Positions 27,382 through 36,810 are shown, counted from the stretch's first letter. The stretch: 53,654 nt of DNA from Bacteroidota bacterium (GCA_947459075.1 CANHBJ010000002.1:1-53654), one strand, 5' to 3'. The notes: a model not told the origin generated them from the letters alone. Numbers and translations: made by a program.

Positions 27382-27987
27382 ATGAAAATTTTAATTTTAA
27401 CATTTTTAATGCTTGGCATAAATCCAATATTTGCTCAAGAAACAACACTACAAACAGCATTCGAAAAAAGTTATATTTCAGAAAAAATCGGAAATTTTAA
27501 TGAAGCTAGCAAAGCATTAATGCAGGTATACAATGAAAAGTCATATGAATTAAATTTACGTTTGGGTTATTTAAAATATATGGCTGGTGCATATAATGAT
27601 GCCATTATTTTTTATAAAAAAGCAATACAATTAATGCCATATGCTATTGAACCGCGATTAGGTTATGTATACCCAGCTGCAGCTCTAAATAAATGGGATG
27701 ATGTGATATTACAATATCAGGCTATACTAAAAATTGACCCTAAAAATAGTACCGTTAATTATAAATTAGGTGTTATTTACTACAACCGAAAAAAATATGC
27801 ACAAGCAAATAGTTTATTTGAAAAGGTAGTAAATCTTTATCCGTTTGATTATGATGGAATATTGATGTATGCATGGACTAATTACCGCATGGGCAAATTA
27901 CCTCAAGCAAAACTATTATTTAAAAAGGTATTGTTAATTTCTCCTAATGATAAATCAGCATTAGAAGGATTAGCCCTCATAAAATAA
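27382..27987 (+). CDS. Secreted TPR-repeat protein
   Basis: Signal peptide MKILILTFLMLGINPIFAQ. TPR-like repeats (AIIFYKKAIQLMPYAIEP, YQAILKIDPKNSTVNYKLGVIYYNRKKYAQANSLFEKVVNLYP). Confidence 0.75.
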   Translation: MKILILTFLMLGINPIFAQETTLQTAFEKSYISEKIGNFNEASKALMQVYNEKSYELNLRLGYLKYMAGAYNDAIIFYKKAIQLMPYAIEPRLGYVYPAAALNKWDDVILQYQAILKIDPKNSTVNYKLGVIYYNRKKYAQANSLFEKVVNLYPFDYDGILMYAWTNYRMGKLPQAKLLFKKVLLISPNDKSALEGLALIK

Positions 27988-28215
27988 AAAACACAGGATA
28001 AATAATTGAATAAATACTTTACTTTATATTTTACATCTTATTAGAGATAAGATATCTATTATTTATTTATCAAATCAATAATATCAATATGCTAATAACA
28101 GTAGTTATCATTTAACAATTAATAATACTGTATAACAAATTTAGCTTTTCTATATTGGTAGCTAAAAATACCATACATTTTTAGTGCTTTGCACACAATG
28201 TATTACCTTAGCGAT

Positions 28216-28830
28216 ATGTTAGTTGAATTACATCCTCAAAATCCAAATCTGCGTGACCTAAAAAAGGTGATGGACATATTACAAAAAGATGGGGTAATTA
28301 TATTACCTACAGATACCATTTATGCCATGGCTTGCAGATTAGATAGCAAAAAGGCAATTGAACGTATGGCACGTATATCAGGTAAAAAACCTGAAAAGGT
28401 TAACTTCTCCCTCATTTGCTCTGATTTGTCAAACATATCTGATTATACCGCTGTTATTGACAGAGCTGTGTTTCGTTTGCTTAAAAATAATTTACCTGGA
28501 CCATTTACATTTATTTTAAAAGCAAATAATAATGTAACCAAATACTTTAGCGGTACTAAAAAAACAATTGGTATACGTGTGCCTGATAATGCCATTGCAC
28601 AAACTATTATAAAAGAATTAGGCATTCCATTAGTAGTAACAACAATTCATCATGATGATGAAATTTTAGAATACATGACAAACCCTGAAGAAATTCATGA
28701 AAAGTTTGATCACATAGTTGATTGTGTTATTGATGGTGGTGCTGGAGGTAATATCCCATCAACCATTGTTGATTGCAGTGAAGATGAGGTTCATATAATT
28801 CGACAAGGTAAAGGCCAATTAAATTCGTAA
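28216..28830 (+). CDS. L-threonylcarbamoyladenylate synthase family protein (YciO/YrdC/Sua5 fold)
   Basis: MLVELHPQNPN..KDGVIILPTDTIYAMACR..., IGIRVPDN and STIVDCSEDEVHIIRQGKG. The internal ATG at 28216 is preferred by analogy with family N-termini. Confidence 0.8.
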   Translation: MLVELHPQNPNLRDLKKVMDILQKDGVIILPTDTIYAMACRLDSKKAIERMARISGKKPEKVNFSLICSDLSNISDYTAVIDRAVFRLLKNNLPGPFTFILKANNNVTKYFSGTKKTIGIRVPDNAIAQTIIKELGIPLVVTTIHHDDEILEYMTNPEEIHEKFDHIVDCVIDGGAGGNIPSTIVDCSEDEVHIIRQGKGQLNS

Positions 28831-28838
28831 AACTATTG

Positions 28839-29702
28839 ATGAGTAATAGAAATATAGCTGTTATTTGTAATCCCCAATCGGGAAAAGGCAAACCATTAAA
28901 GCTTTTACCTTCTTTAGAAAATTTCATTAAACAGCATGGTTTAAATTATCAGTCATTTACCAATAACCTACCTCAAAATTTAAATAATTTCACAGATTTA
29001 ATCATCATGGGTGGTGATGGTACAATTAACTATACCATCAATCATTTTAAAAACATCAATATACCTATTGGCATTATTAGTTGTGGTACAGGTAATGATA
29101 TTGCTACATTACTTATTGGTAAGCAAGCAATACAACAACAGTTTGAAACGGCATTATTTGCAACTCCAAAAAATATTGATGCGGGAATCTGTAATCAAAA
29201 ACTTTTTATAAACGGAGTTGGTATTGGGTTTGATGGTTGGGTAGTAAAACGATTATTGGCCAAAAAAATATTGCGTGGTAAAGCTGCATATTATAGCACC
29301 GTTATCAGTTTGTTACTGTTCTATAAAGAAACTAAAGTAAAAATCATTACAGATGAAGAATACCATGAAGTAAATTTATTCATGCTAAGTGCCGCTAATG
29401 GCAAAACATACGGGGGCGGATTTAAAGTAGCACCATTAGCAGAAGTAAATGATGGCTTACTTGAAATAATCATAATTAATAAGTTACCACTTTTACAACG
29501 TTTAAAGTATTTGCCCATAATTGAAAACGGTAAGCATTTAGATAAACCCTTATCATTTTTAAAATACAAAACGTGTAAAAAAATTTCTTTAAACTCACCG
29601 CAAAAACTAAAAGCACATTTAGATGGCGAGTACATGGAATCGAATAGTTTTGATATAGAAATATTACCTCAATTTTTAAGCATAAGAACAACAATTGGGT
29701 AA
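28839..29702 (+). CDS. Diacylglycerol-kinase-family lipid kinase (YegS/BmrU-like)
   Basis: IIMGGDGTINYTIN and GIISCGTGNDIA motifs; 287 aa. Confidence 0.8.
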   Translation: MSNRNIAVICNPQSGKGKPLKLLPSLENFIKQHGLNYQSFTNNLPQNLNNFTDLIIMGGDGTINYTINHFKNINIPIGIISCGTGNDIATLLIGKQAIQQQFETALFATPKNIDAGICNQKLFINGVGIGFDGWVVKRLLAKKILRGKAAYYSTVISLLLFYKETKVKIITDEEYHEVNLFMLSAANGKTYGGGFKVAPLAEVNDGLLEIIIINKLPLLQRLKYLPIIENGKHLDKPLSFLKYKTCKKISLNSPQKLKAHLDGEYMESNSFDIEILPQFLSIRTTIG

Positions 29703-29736
29703 TTTAAACCCACTATAATTTTTACATTTGTAATTT

Positions 29737-30765
29737 ATGAATCCAATTTTAGTTGAAGTATACAGAGGTGGTTTATTAGAGAGCTTTCACCGTGGTGTGA
29801 TATGTATTGTTAACCAACAAAATGAAATCATATTTAGCGTTGGCGATACGGAGCAAATTTGTTACCCAAGAAGTGCCATGAAACTGCTACAGGTAATTCC
29901 ACTTATTATTAATGGTGGTACAGAAAAATTTAATTTTACATTAGAAGAAATTGCTGTAATGTGTGGCTCTCACAATGCAGAAAGCGAACACTTAAGTGTA
30001 GTAAATAGCATCTTACAAAAAATTGGATTAAAACCAAATAACTTAAATTGTGGACCACAATATCCAAGTAGTAAAAAAGATGCCAATGCATTAATAAAAG
30101 CCGATGTTAAGCCACATCACATACACAACAATTGCAGCGGTAAACATGCTGGCATGTTAGCTACATGTGTACTGATGAATTGGCCAATTGAAGATTACAT
30201 CAACCCAAACCACCCACTACAAAAAGCCATTAAACAAATTTGTGCCTTAATGTATGAATACCCCGAACAACAAATGATTACTGCCTTAGATGGTTGCAGT
30301 GCACCAATTTTTAGTGTGCCAATAAAAAATCAAGCTATTGCTTATAAAAATTTAGTGAGCAACAACCATTTACCTCATGCCGTAAAAGCAGCTTGTGAAG
30401 TTGTAGTAAAAGCAGTTAGTAATTACCCTTTTATGGTTGCAGGAAGCAAAAGATATTGTACAGATATGATGCAGATTACTGCTCCTAAAATCATAGGTAA
30501 AACTGGTGCTGAAGGTGTTTTTTGCATGACATTTACCGAGCAACAAATAGGCGTTTGTATTAAAATTGATGACGGTAAAATGTTACCGCAATACAATGTT
30601 GCACAAGCATTGATAAATGCTAGCGGAATATTTAGCACTAAAGATTTGGAACCATTACAACACCATTTACAATCTCCTATTACCAACTTTAACAAACTTA
30701 CCACTGGAGCAATTAAAGTAAGTGAAACATTATTGAAGCAATTAGCAACTTTAAAAATTGTATAA
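29737..30765 (+). CDS. Asparaginase (L-asparaginase II, Rhizobium-type family)
   Basis: MNPILVEVYRGGLLESFHRG..., PRSAMKLLQ, NNCSGKHAGML and GAEGVFC are typical of the family. Confidence 0.75.
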   Translation: MNPILVEVYRGGLLESFHRGVICIVNQQNEIIFSVGDTEQICYPRSAMKLLQVIPLIINGGTEKFNFTLEEIAVMCGSHNAESEHLSVVNSILQKIGLKPNNLNCGPQYPSSKKDANALIKADVKPHHIHNNCSGKHAGMLATCVLMNWPIEDYINPNHPLQKAIKQICALMYEYPEQQMITALDGCSAPIFSVPIKNQAIAYKNLVSNNHLPHAVKAACEVVVKAVSNYPFMVAGSKRYCTDMMQITAPKIIGKTGAEGVFCMTFTEQQIGVCIKIDDGKMLPQYNVAQALINASGIFSTKDLEPLQHHLQSPITNFNKLTTGAIKVSETLLKQLATLKIV

Positions 30766-30766
30766 C

Positions 30767-30803
30767 AAAAAAGCCGCTCTCGATAACTTGAAAGCGGCTT
30801 TTT
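30767..30803. terminator. Bidirectional terminator between asparaginase and lepB
   Basis: AAAAGCCGCT (30769-30778) / AGCGGCTTTT (30793-30802). Confidence 0.7.
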
Positions 30804-30821
30804 AATATCAAATCGAAACGA

Positions 30822-32069
30822 TTAATTAATCCCTCTAAAAATTCTATTCCAACGTATTTTCTTAAAAAAATTGGTTTCATTAGGGTCTAAGCTCATCCAA
30901 GTAAACAATGCCTTACCCACAATATGGTCTTCGGGTACAAACCCCCAAAAGCGAGAATCGGCAGAATTATGGCGGTTATCACCCATCATAAAATAATAGT
31001 TTTGCTTAAAAGTATAAGTAGTAATTTCATTACCTTCTAGATATACTTTATTGTCTTTCATTTCAAGTGTTGGATTGTTTTCATAAACCTTAATAGCACG
31101 TTCATAAATAAAATAAGATACGGTATCAAGTTTAATTACATCACCTGATTTAGGAATGTAAATAGTACCAAAATTATCTACGTTCCAACCCCAATTTTCT
31201 TTAAACGGAAAGATATATGCAGCACCAGCACCTTTGGCTTGTAAGGTATTCTCTACTTTTTTCACCCAACTTTGTTGCAACAAATCTTCTTTGGCATTTT
31301 TAGTTAACAACAATTCAAAATCTCCTTGATCGCTTACACGTCCTCCCTCGGTAATATCATTACGTTTAGCAACCTTTTCATCAAACGAACCATCAGTTTG
31401 AACATAATATTTGAACTGCATTTTAGGCGGATTTTCCACTGCTACTCCATTAATAAATACCTGCTGATTAATTACAGCTAAGCTATCACCTGCAATACCT
31501 AAACAACGTTTAATGTAATTTTCTTTTTTATCTAATGGTCGTCCATCTTCTGCAGGATAGTTAAATACCACTACGTCATTATTTTTAATTTTTTGAAAAC
31601 CTGGTAAACGCATATAAGGCATATTTGGCCATTCGATGTATGAATTACCACCGACTAAAGGCAGGGTATTGTGAGCAAATGGAAAACTAACAGGGGTAAT
31701 AGGTGCACGAGCCCCGTAGTTTACCTTACTTACAAATAAAAAATCGCCAACCAATAACGATTTTTCCATTGATGAAGTAGGTATGGTATATGCTTCTATA
31801 AAAAACGTACGAATTAAAGTAGCTGCAACAACTGCAAATGCAATCGCATCAATCCACTCGCGTGATTTGGTTTTACGTTTAAAACGATTAACAAAAATAT
31901 AGTAGCCAATTATAGCTGCTTGTATCAATATAAAAAATAGGATGTTGGTAACAAAAGATGAGCCCGCTACAAAGCTCATAATAATAAAGAAGAACAAGTT
32001 GATGCCGCTCATTAGCCAAAAGCTATATTGTTCGCGCTTATTAAGCATGGCAAAAAATTTATTGTACAT
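30822..32069 (-). CDS. lepB: Signal peptidase I
   Basis: SSMEKSLLVGDFLFV (catalytic Ser box), KRCLGIAGD (Lys box) and GDNRHNSADSRFWGFV. Confidence 0.9.
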   Translation of the reverse strand: MYNKFFAMLNKREQYSFWLMSGINLFFFIIMSFVAGSSFVTNILFFILIQAAIIGYYIFVNRFKRKTKSREWIDAIAFAVVAATLIRTFFIEAYTIPTSSMEKSLLVGDFLFVSKVNYGARAPITPVSFPFAHNTLPLVGGNSYIEWPNMPYMRLPGFQKIKNNDVVVFNYPAEDGRPLDKKENYIKRCLGIAGDSLAVINQQVFINGVAVENPPKMQFKYYVQTDGSFDEKVAKRNDITEGGRVSDQGDFELLLTKNAKEDLLQQSWVKKVENTLQAKGAGAAYIFPFKENWGWNVDNFGTIYIPKSGDVIKLDTVSYFIYERAIKVYENNPTLEMKDNKVYLEGNEITTYTFKQNYYFMMGDNRHNSADSRFWGFVPEDHIVGKALFTWMSLDPNETNFFKKIRWNRIFRGIN

Positions 32070-32183
32070 GTTTTGTTAGTTAGTTTATTGTGATGATTGT
32101 TTTACTTGTTATAATAAAACGAGCAAACCTTCATTCTCTGTTTATATTTTGTTAAACGGATAAAATTAATTACGGAAGGTCAA

Positions 32184-32927
32184 TTAAAGATTTAAAATAT
32201 CTTCCATAGTATAAATACCTTTTTTACCTATTAACCACTCTGCTGCTAGCACTGCACCTTTTGCAAAACCATATCGTGATTTAGCAACATGGCGAATTTC
32301 TATGCCATCAATTACAGATTCGTATTTTACAAAATGATCGCCTGTAACATCAGCAACACGTTTTGATTCAATAAGTAACTCGTTAGGTTTTAAACTTTGC
32401 GAAGGCGTGTTTTCATTATAAATTAATCGGCCTTTATAGCTGTCTTTAAGTTTACTTTCTGCCAATATTTGATTAACCAAAGTTAAAGCCGTACCGCTTG
32501 GATGGTCTTTTTTCTCGGTATGATGAATTTCCTCAATCATTACATCATAATCTTCTTGTTCGGCCATCATTTTAGCTAATAATTTATTTAACTTAAAGAA
32601 GATATTTACACCAACACTAAAGTTGGTGCTGTGAACCATGCTTTGTTCTTCAGATAAACAACGGCTTTTAATCGTGTCAAACTGATCATACCAACCAGTG
32701 GTACCAATAACTAAGGGAACCTTTGCTTCAAAACATTTATTGATGTTTTCTACTGCAGCATCTGGCATACTAAAGTCTATTGCAACATCTACATTCTGCA
32801 AGCTAATAGGCATAAAATCGAAGGAGTTTTCCAAACTAACTTTGTACACAATTTCGTGACCTTTAGCAAGTGCAATTTTTTCAACTGCTTTACCCATTTT
32901 GCCATAACCTAATAATGCAATTTTCAT
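32184..32927 (-). CDS. dapB: 4-hydroxy-tetrahydrodipicolinate reductase
   Basis: MKIALLGYGKMGKAV and EEIHHTEKKDHPSGTA signatures. Confidence 0.9.
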   Translation of the reverse strand: MKIALLGYGKMGKAVEKIALAKGHEIVYKVSLENSFDFMPISLQNVDVAIDFSMPDAAVENINKCFEAKVPLVIGTTGWYDQFDTIKSRCLSEEQSMVHSTNFSVGVNIFFKLNKLLAKMMAEQEDYDVMIEEIHHTEKKDHPSGTALTLVNQILAESKLKDSYKGRLIYNENTPSQSLKPNELLIESKRVADVTGDHFVKYESVIDGIEIRHVAKSRYGFAKGAVLAAEWLIGKKGIYTMEDILNL

Positions 32928-33021
32928 CTGATAATGTTTTTATTGAGTTGTAGTTGGTTGTGAGGATTAATGTTAACGCGGATTAAAATTCGTAGTAAAA
33001 ATACACATTCTTCTCGTTTTT

Positions 33022-33663
33022 TTAAAACTTAAACGTAAATAAAAATTGAGAACTTGGTATTGAACCCACAAATTGATAGGTGGGTTGTATATTTAATGAC
33101 AAATCATCTGTTATTTTAAAATCAAAAAAATGAGCATCAACAGCAGCATCAACAAGCTGTAAAATGTATACAGCACCTATACCTATATATGATAAATCAC
33201 GGTTGTAGCGGTATGAATCACGAAAATTTTGCAAGGTTGGGGTTTGAAACTGATTGTAAAATCCATCCACATTATAGCCTGTTGTTATACGCTCGGAATA
33301 TGCCGCTTTAAAGTTGTTGTATTGTTTGGTATAAAAAATAACGCTATAAACTAAAGCACCTCCCGCGGCATAAACTAATGGTATTTTCCAATACTTTTTA
33401 TTGTATGCTTGTCCAGCACCTGGTATAAAAACAGATAATAGGGTTGCCTTTTTAGGTGAGTGTTTTACAAAAGTAGAGGTGTCTTTTTTAGAAGCTTTAT
33501 TATTCTTGATATTTTTGTATGCGGTATCGTTACTGTAGCCAAAAGGTGTTGATGTTAAACTATCATTGATGGGACCTTGAGCTAAAACTTTTGTGCTTAC
33601 ACACAAAGTCAAAACCATTATAACACCTAAAATGTACTTACTATTCATTTTTAACAATGGCAA
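33022..33663 (-). CDS. DUF5683-like membrane protein
   Basis: Signal peptide, SVFIPGAGQAYNKKYWKIPLVY motif, and the conserved position between parB and dapB in Bacteroidota. Confidence 0.65.
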   Translation of the reverse strand: MPLLKMNSKYILGVIMVLTLCVSTKVLAQGPINDSLTSTPFGYSNDTAYKNIKNNKASKKDTSTFVKHSPKKATLLSVFIPGAGQAYNKKYWKIPLVYAAGGALVYSVIFYTKQYNNFKAAYSERITTGYNVDGFYNQFQTPTLQNFRDSYRYNRDLSYIGIGAVYILQLVDAAVDAHFFDFKITDDLSLNIQPTYQFVGSIPSSQFLFTFKF

Positions 33664-33912
33664 ATGTAAACAAATTAGGGTGGATTTTTAAATGTACCTT
33701 AAGGTACTAATTGAGAGAAATATTAACCACCACTGGATTTGATTTGGTTATAAACCAAAGTGTGCACAAAAGATCTGAATGGTAAAGTGGCTTTCATGCA
33801 ATAGAAGTAAGTTTTAAAAGGGGCTAATGAATTTATTTGTGAACTGTATGTGATAGTATTTAAGTAACCTTAGGCAAAATAATTTCGCCATTAATGCGCA
33901 GTATATCAGGGA

Positions 33913-33952
33913 TAAAAAAAAACGCCAAATGTGCAAGACGTTTGGCGTTTTT
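33913..33952 (-). terminator. Rho-independent terminator of the parAB operon
   Basis: ACGCCAAA (33922-33929) / TTTGGCGT (33941-33948), flanked by an A-run of ~9 (U-run on the minus strand) and a T5 run. Confidence 0.8.
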
Positions 33953-33972
33953 AAATATAAAATTCATGTCAA

Positions 33973-34878
33973 TTAATTTTCATCTAATTGCATCAAGTCT
34001 AAAATTCTTTGTAATTCTGCTTGCGAACGGAATGGGATTTTAATATTTCCACGTCCTTTATCATCAGCTTTAATGCTAATTTTGGTATTAAATCTATCAC
34101 TTAAACTTTTTTGATACTCCACCAATGTTTCCGATTTATTAGGTCTAGCCGGAGTTTTATTGGCTTTTGTATCATTAGGCTTAGTATTTTCTTCACGTAC
34201 CAGGTTTTCTACACTACGCACACTTAACTCATTGGCCAACATTTGCTCTAACATCCACTCCTGTTTCTTAGGATCGTCAACGTTAATAATAGCACGCGCG
34301 TGGCCCATACTAATTTTGCCTTCTTTAAGAGCTAGCTGAACAGAATCGGGTAACTTTAATAAACGTAAGTAATTAGTAACCGTGCTTCTGTTTTTACCAA
34401 CCCTATCTCCTACTTCATCTTGTTTTAAACTACATTCTTCCATTAAACGCTTGTAGCTTAATCCAATTTCAATTGGGTTTAACTCTTCTCGTTGAATATT
34501 TTCAATCAATGCCATTTCTAGCATTTCTTGGTCGTTTGCTACACGTATATATGCAGGAATTCTTGATAATCCTGCTAAAATACTTGCACGTGTTCTGCGT
34601 TCACCAGAAATAATTTGGTAGCTATCGTAACCCATTTTACGAACTGTAATGGGTTGTATAACACCATGTATTTTAATCGACTCTGCTAATTCTGCTAAAG
34701 CCACTTCTTCAAACTCTGTTCGAGGTTGGAAAGGGTTTGCTTGTATTTGGCTTATTGATATTTCGCTGATTGAATTAGCGGGTCTTGCTTCTGTTGCTGT
34801 ATTGGTAATATCCGTGCTAGCATCAGAAAGTAATGCGCTTAATCCACGGCCTAGTCCACTTTTTTTAGGTTGACTCAT
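33973..34878 (-). CDS. parB: ParB/Spo0J chromosome partitioning protein
   Basis: GLGRGLSALL and ISGERRTRAS (GERRxRA box), plus an HTH region. Confidence 0.95.
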   Translation of the reverse strand: MSQPKKSGLGRGLSALLSDASTDITNTATEARPANSISEISISQIQANPFQPRTEFEEVALAELAESIKIHGVIQPITVRKMGYDSYQIISGERRTRASILAGLSRIPAYIRVANDQEMLEMALIENIQREELNPIEIGLSYKRLMEECSLKQDEVGDRVGKNRSTVTNYLRLLKLPDSVQLALKEGKISMGHARAIINVDDPKKQEWMLEQMLANELSVRSVENLVREENTKPNDTKANKTPARPNKSETLVEYQKSLSDRFNTKISIKADDKGRGNIKIPFRSQAELQRILDLMQLDEN

Positions 34879-34914
34879 AAATTAATGTTGTTTATATTTT
34901 TTGTGATTAAACAA

Positions 34915-35718
34915 TTAATTGAGTGTGCTAGACTCAAACATGTTCATTTTAGTTAAACCATTTTTTTGCAACAACTCTTTAGCTAAGTTTAAGTAGTTGA
35001 TTGTACCCTTACATTCGGCATCATAGGCAATTACTGGTTTGCCAAAACTAGGCGCCTCACTTAAACGGGTGTTTCGCTGTATAATGGTATCAAATACCAT
35101 TTGTTGGAAGTGCATTTTCACTTCTTCAACAACTTGGTTACTTAAGCGTAAGCGCATATCATACATGGTTAATAATAAACCTTCTATTTGCAAATCGGGA
35201 TTAATGCTGCTTTGAACAATTTTTATCGTGTTTAATAATTTACCCAAACCTTCCAAGGCAAAATACTCGCACTGCACTGGAATAATTACACTATCACTTG
35301 CTGTAAGAGAATTGGTGGTGATTAAACCTAATGATGGTGAGCAATCAATAATAATAAAATCGTAATCCTTTTTAATAGGATCTAATGCGTGACGCAACAC
35401 ACGCTCACGATTAGGAACATTAATCAATTCAATTTCGGCACCCACTAAGTCAATATTAGAAGGAAGTAAATCTAAAAAGTCAACTTCAGTTTTTATGATG
35501 GCTTCTCTGGCTGATACATCGTTAATCATCACCTCGTACAAACCCAGCTCCACATTTTTTGGATCGAAACCTAAGTGAGATGTAGTGTTAGCTTGAGGAT
35601 CCGCATCAACCACTAATATTTTGTATTCTAATACGGCTAAACTTGCTGCCAAGTTAACGGCAGTTGTAGTTTTACCTACACCACCTTTTTGATTTACTAC
35701 TGATATTATTTTTCCCAT
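34915..35718 (-). CDS. parA: ParA/Soj chromosome partitioning ATPase
   Basis: Deviant Walker A NQKGGVGKTTT; IIIDCSPSLG. Confidence 0.95.
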   Translation of the reverse strand: MGKIISVVNQKGGVGKTTTAVNLAASLAVLEYKILVVDADPQANTTSHLGFDPKNVELGLYEVMINDVSAREAIIKTEVDFLDLLPSNIDLVGAEIELINVPNRERVLRHALDPIKKDYDFIIIDCSPSLGLITTNSLTASDSVIIPVQCEYFALEGLGKLLNTIKIVQSSINPDLQIEGLLLTMYDMRLRLSNQVVEEVKMHFQQMVFDTIIQRNTRLSEAPSFGKPVIAYDAECKGTINYLNLAKELLQKNGLTKMNMFESSTLN

Positions 35719-35744
35719 GATTATGATTGTCGTTTGTTAATTTA

Positions 35745-36431
35745 TTAAATGGTTATAATGCTGCCTACAGCTGGAATAATTAATGTTTTTTCGTGCTTTT
35801 CGAAATAGTTTATTGCCTTTTCGTGATCAACTTTTATAAGATTAAATGTATCAAAATGCATAGCTACTACTTTTTCGCAACCCAACATATCGGCAGCTCG
35901 GTTAGCATCAACATATCCCATGGTAAAATTATCACCAATTGGCAAAACGGCTAAATTAATGCGATACTGCTCACCTATATAACTCATATCACTATGCAAT
36001 CCTGTATCACCCGCGTAATAAATGGCTTCGTTGTTCGCTTCATTTGATAGCACAAATCCAGCAGCTGTTCCGCCATAACTACCGTCAGGCAATGAACTTG
36101 AATGTGCAGCATATACCATTTGCACAGTTCCAAAATCAAAAGTCCATTTACCACCAATATTCATTGGGTGAGTATTGGTAATGCCTTGCTTATTTAACCA
36201 TGCATGAATTTCCCAGTTTGCCACTACGGTTGCACCTGTTTGTTTAGCCAAATCAACCAAATCTGCTGTATGATCTTCATGCCCATGCGATACCATAATG
36301 TAATCAGCTTTAAGTTCTGAAAACACTATTTTAGCAGCCAATTCATTTCCCCGAATAAATGGATCGAATATGATAAGCTTACCGCTCATCTCTATCTGGA
36401 AACATGAATGACCTAAGTATGTTAACTGCAT
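35745..36431 (-). CDS. Metal-dependent hydrolase, metallo-beta-lactamase fold (UPF0173 family)
   Basis: MQLTYLGHSCFQIE... and SHGHEDHTAD (HxHxDH). Confidence 0.85.
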   Translation of the reverse strand: MQLTYLGHSCFQIEMSGKLIIFDPFIRGNELAAKIVFSELKADYIMVSHGHEDHTADLVDLAKQTGATVVANWEIHAWLNKQGITNTHPMNIGGKWTFDFGTVQMVYAAHSSSLPDGSYGGTAAGFVLSNEANNEAIYYAGDTGLHSDMSYIGEQYRINLAVLPIGDNFTMGYVDANRAADMLGCEKVVAMHFDTFNLIKVDHEKAINYFEKHEKTLIIPAVGSIITI

Positions 36432-36501
36432 ATTTTATTCTAACCTGATGTATCAAATAAAATGTTTCACGACATCAACATATATACAACCTTACTTTAT
36501 T

Positions 36502-36523
36502 GTATCCACATGGGTGTGGATAT
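36502..36523. promoter_or_regulatory. Inverted pair of DnaA-box-like 9-mers forming a perfect palindrome
   Basis: GTATCCACA (36502-36510) tggg TGTGGATAT (36515-36523). Each is 8/9 to TTATCCACA. The pair is followed by a T6 run. Confidence 0.35.
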
Positions 36524-36810
36524 TTTTTATACACTATATACCAATTACTTATATTATTTCCTGTGCGTGAAACAACCCATATTTTTTCCCTATTATCAAC
36601 ATAAAAAACAAAATTTCACGGCTTTTTTTGGAACAGAAATTCTTGCCGCGCTCATCATTCCAAATTTTATTCCATTATTTAGTTTTGTAATTAAACTTTC
36701 AAATAATTAGTAACAGTTATATTATGCCATGAATAATAGCCACTTAGGCTATAAAATACAATTACACATATTTCTACTAATTTCACACCCACAAAAAACC
36801 AATTAAATAA

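Noticed and set aside
36503-36528. The TATCCACA/TGTGGATA hairpin plus T6 read simply as a rho-independent terminator
   Set aside because: This is not fully rejected. However, no plus-strand gene lies upstream to terminate, and the stem is AT-rich (3 GC pairs in 8). It is kept as an alternative (small-RNA end) inside the finding rather than called as a terminator.
36462-36710. 82-aa plus-strand ORF in the parA-side intergenic region
   Set aside because: It lies in AT-rich sequence and has an F/Y/I/L-dominated low-complexity translation. I recognised no protein family, and it covers the DnaA-box and parS-like motifs. It is more likely non-coding.
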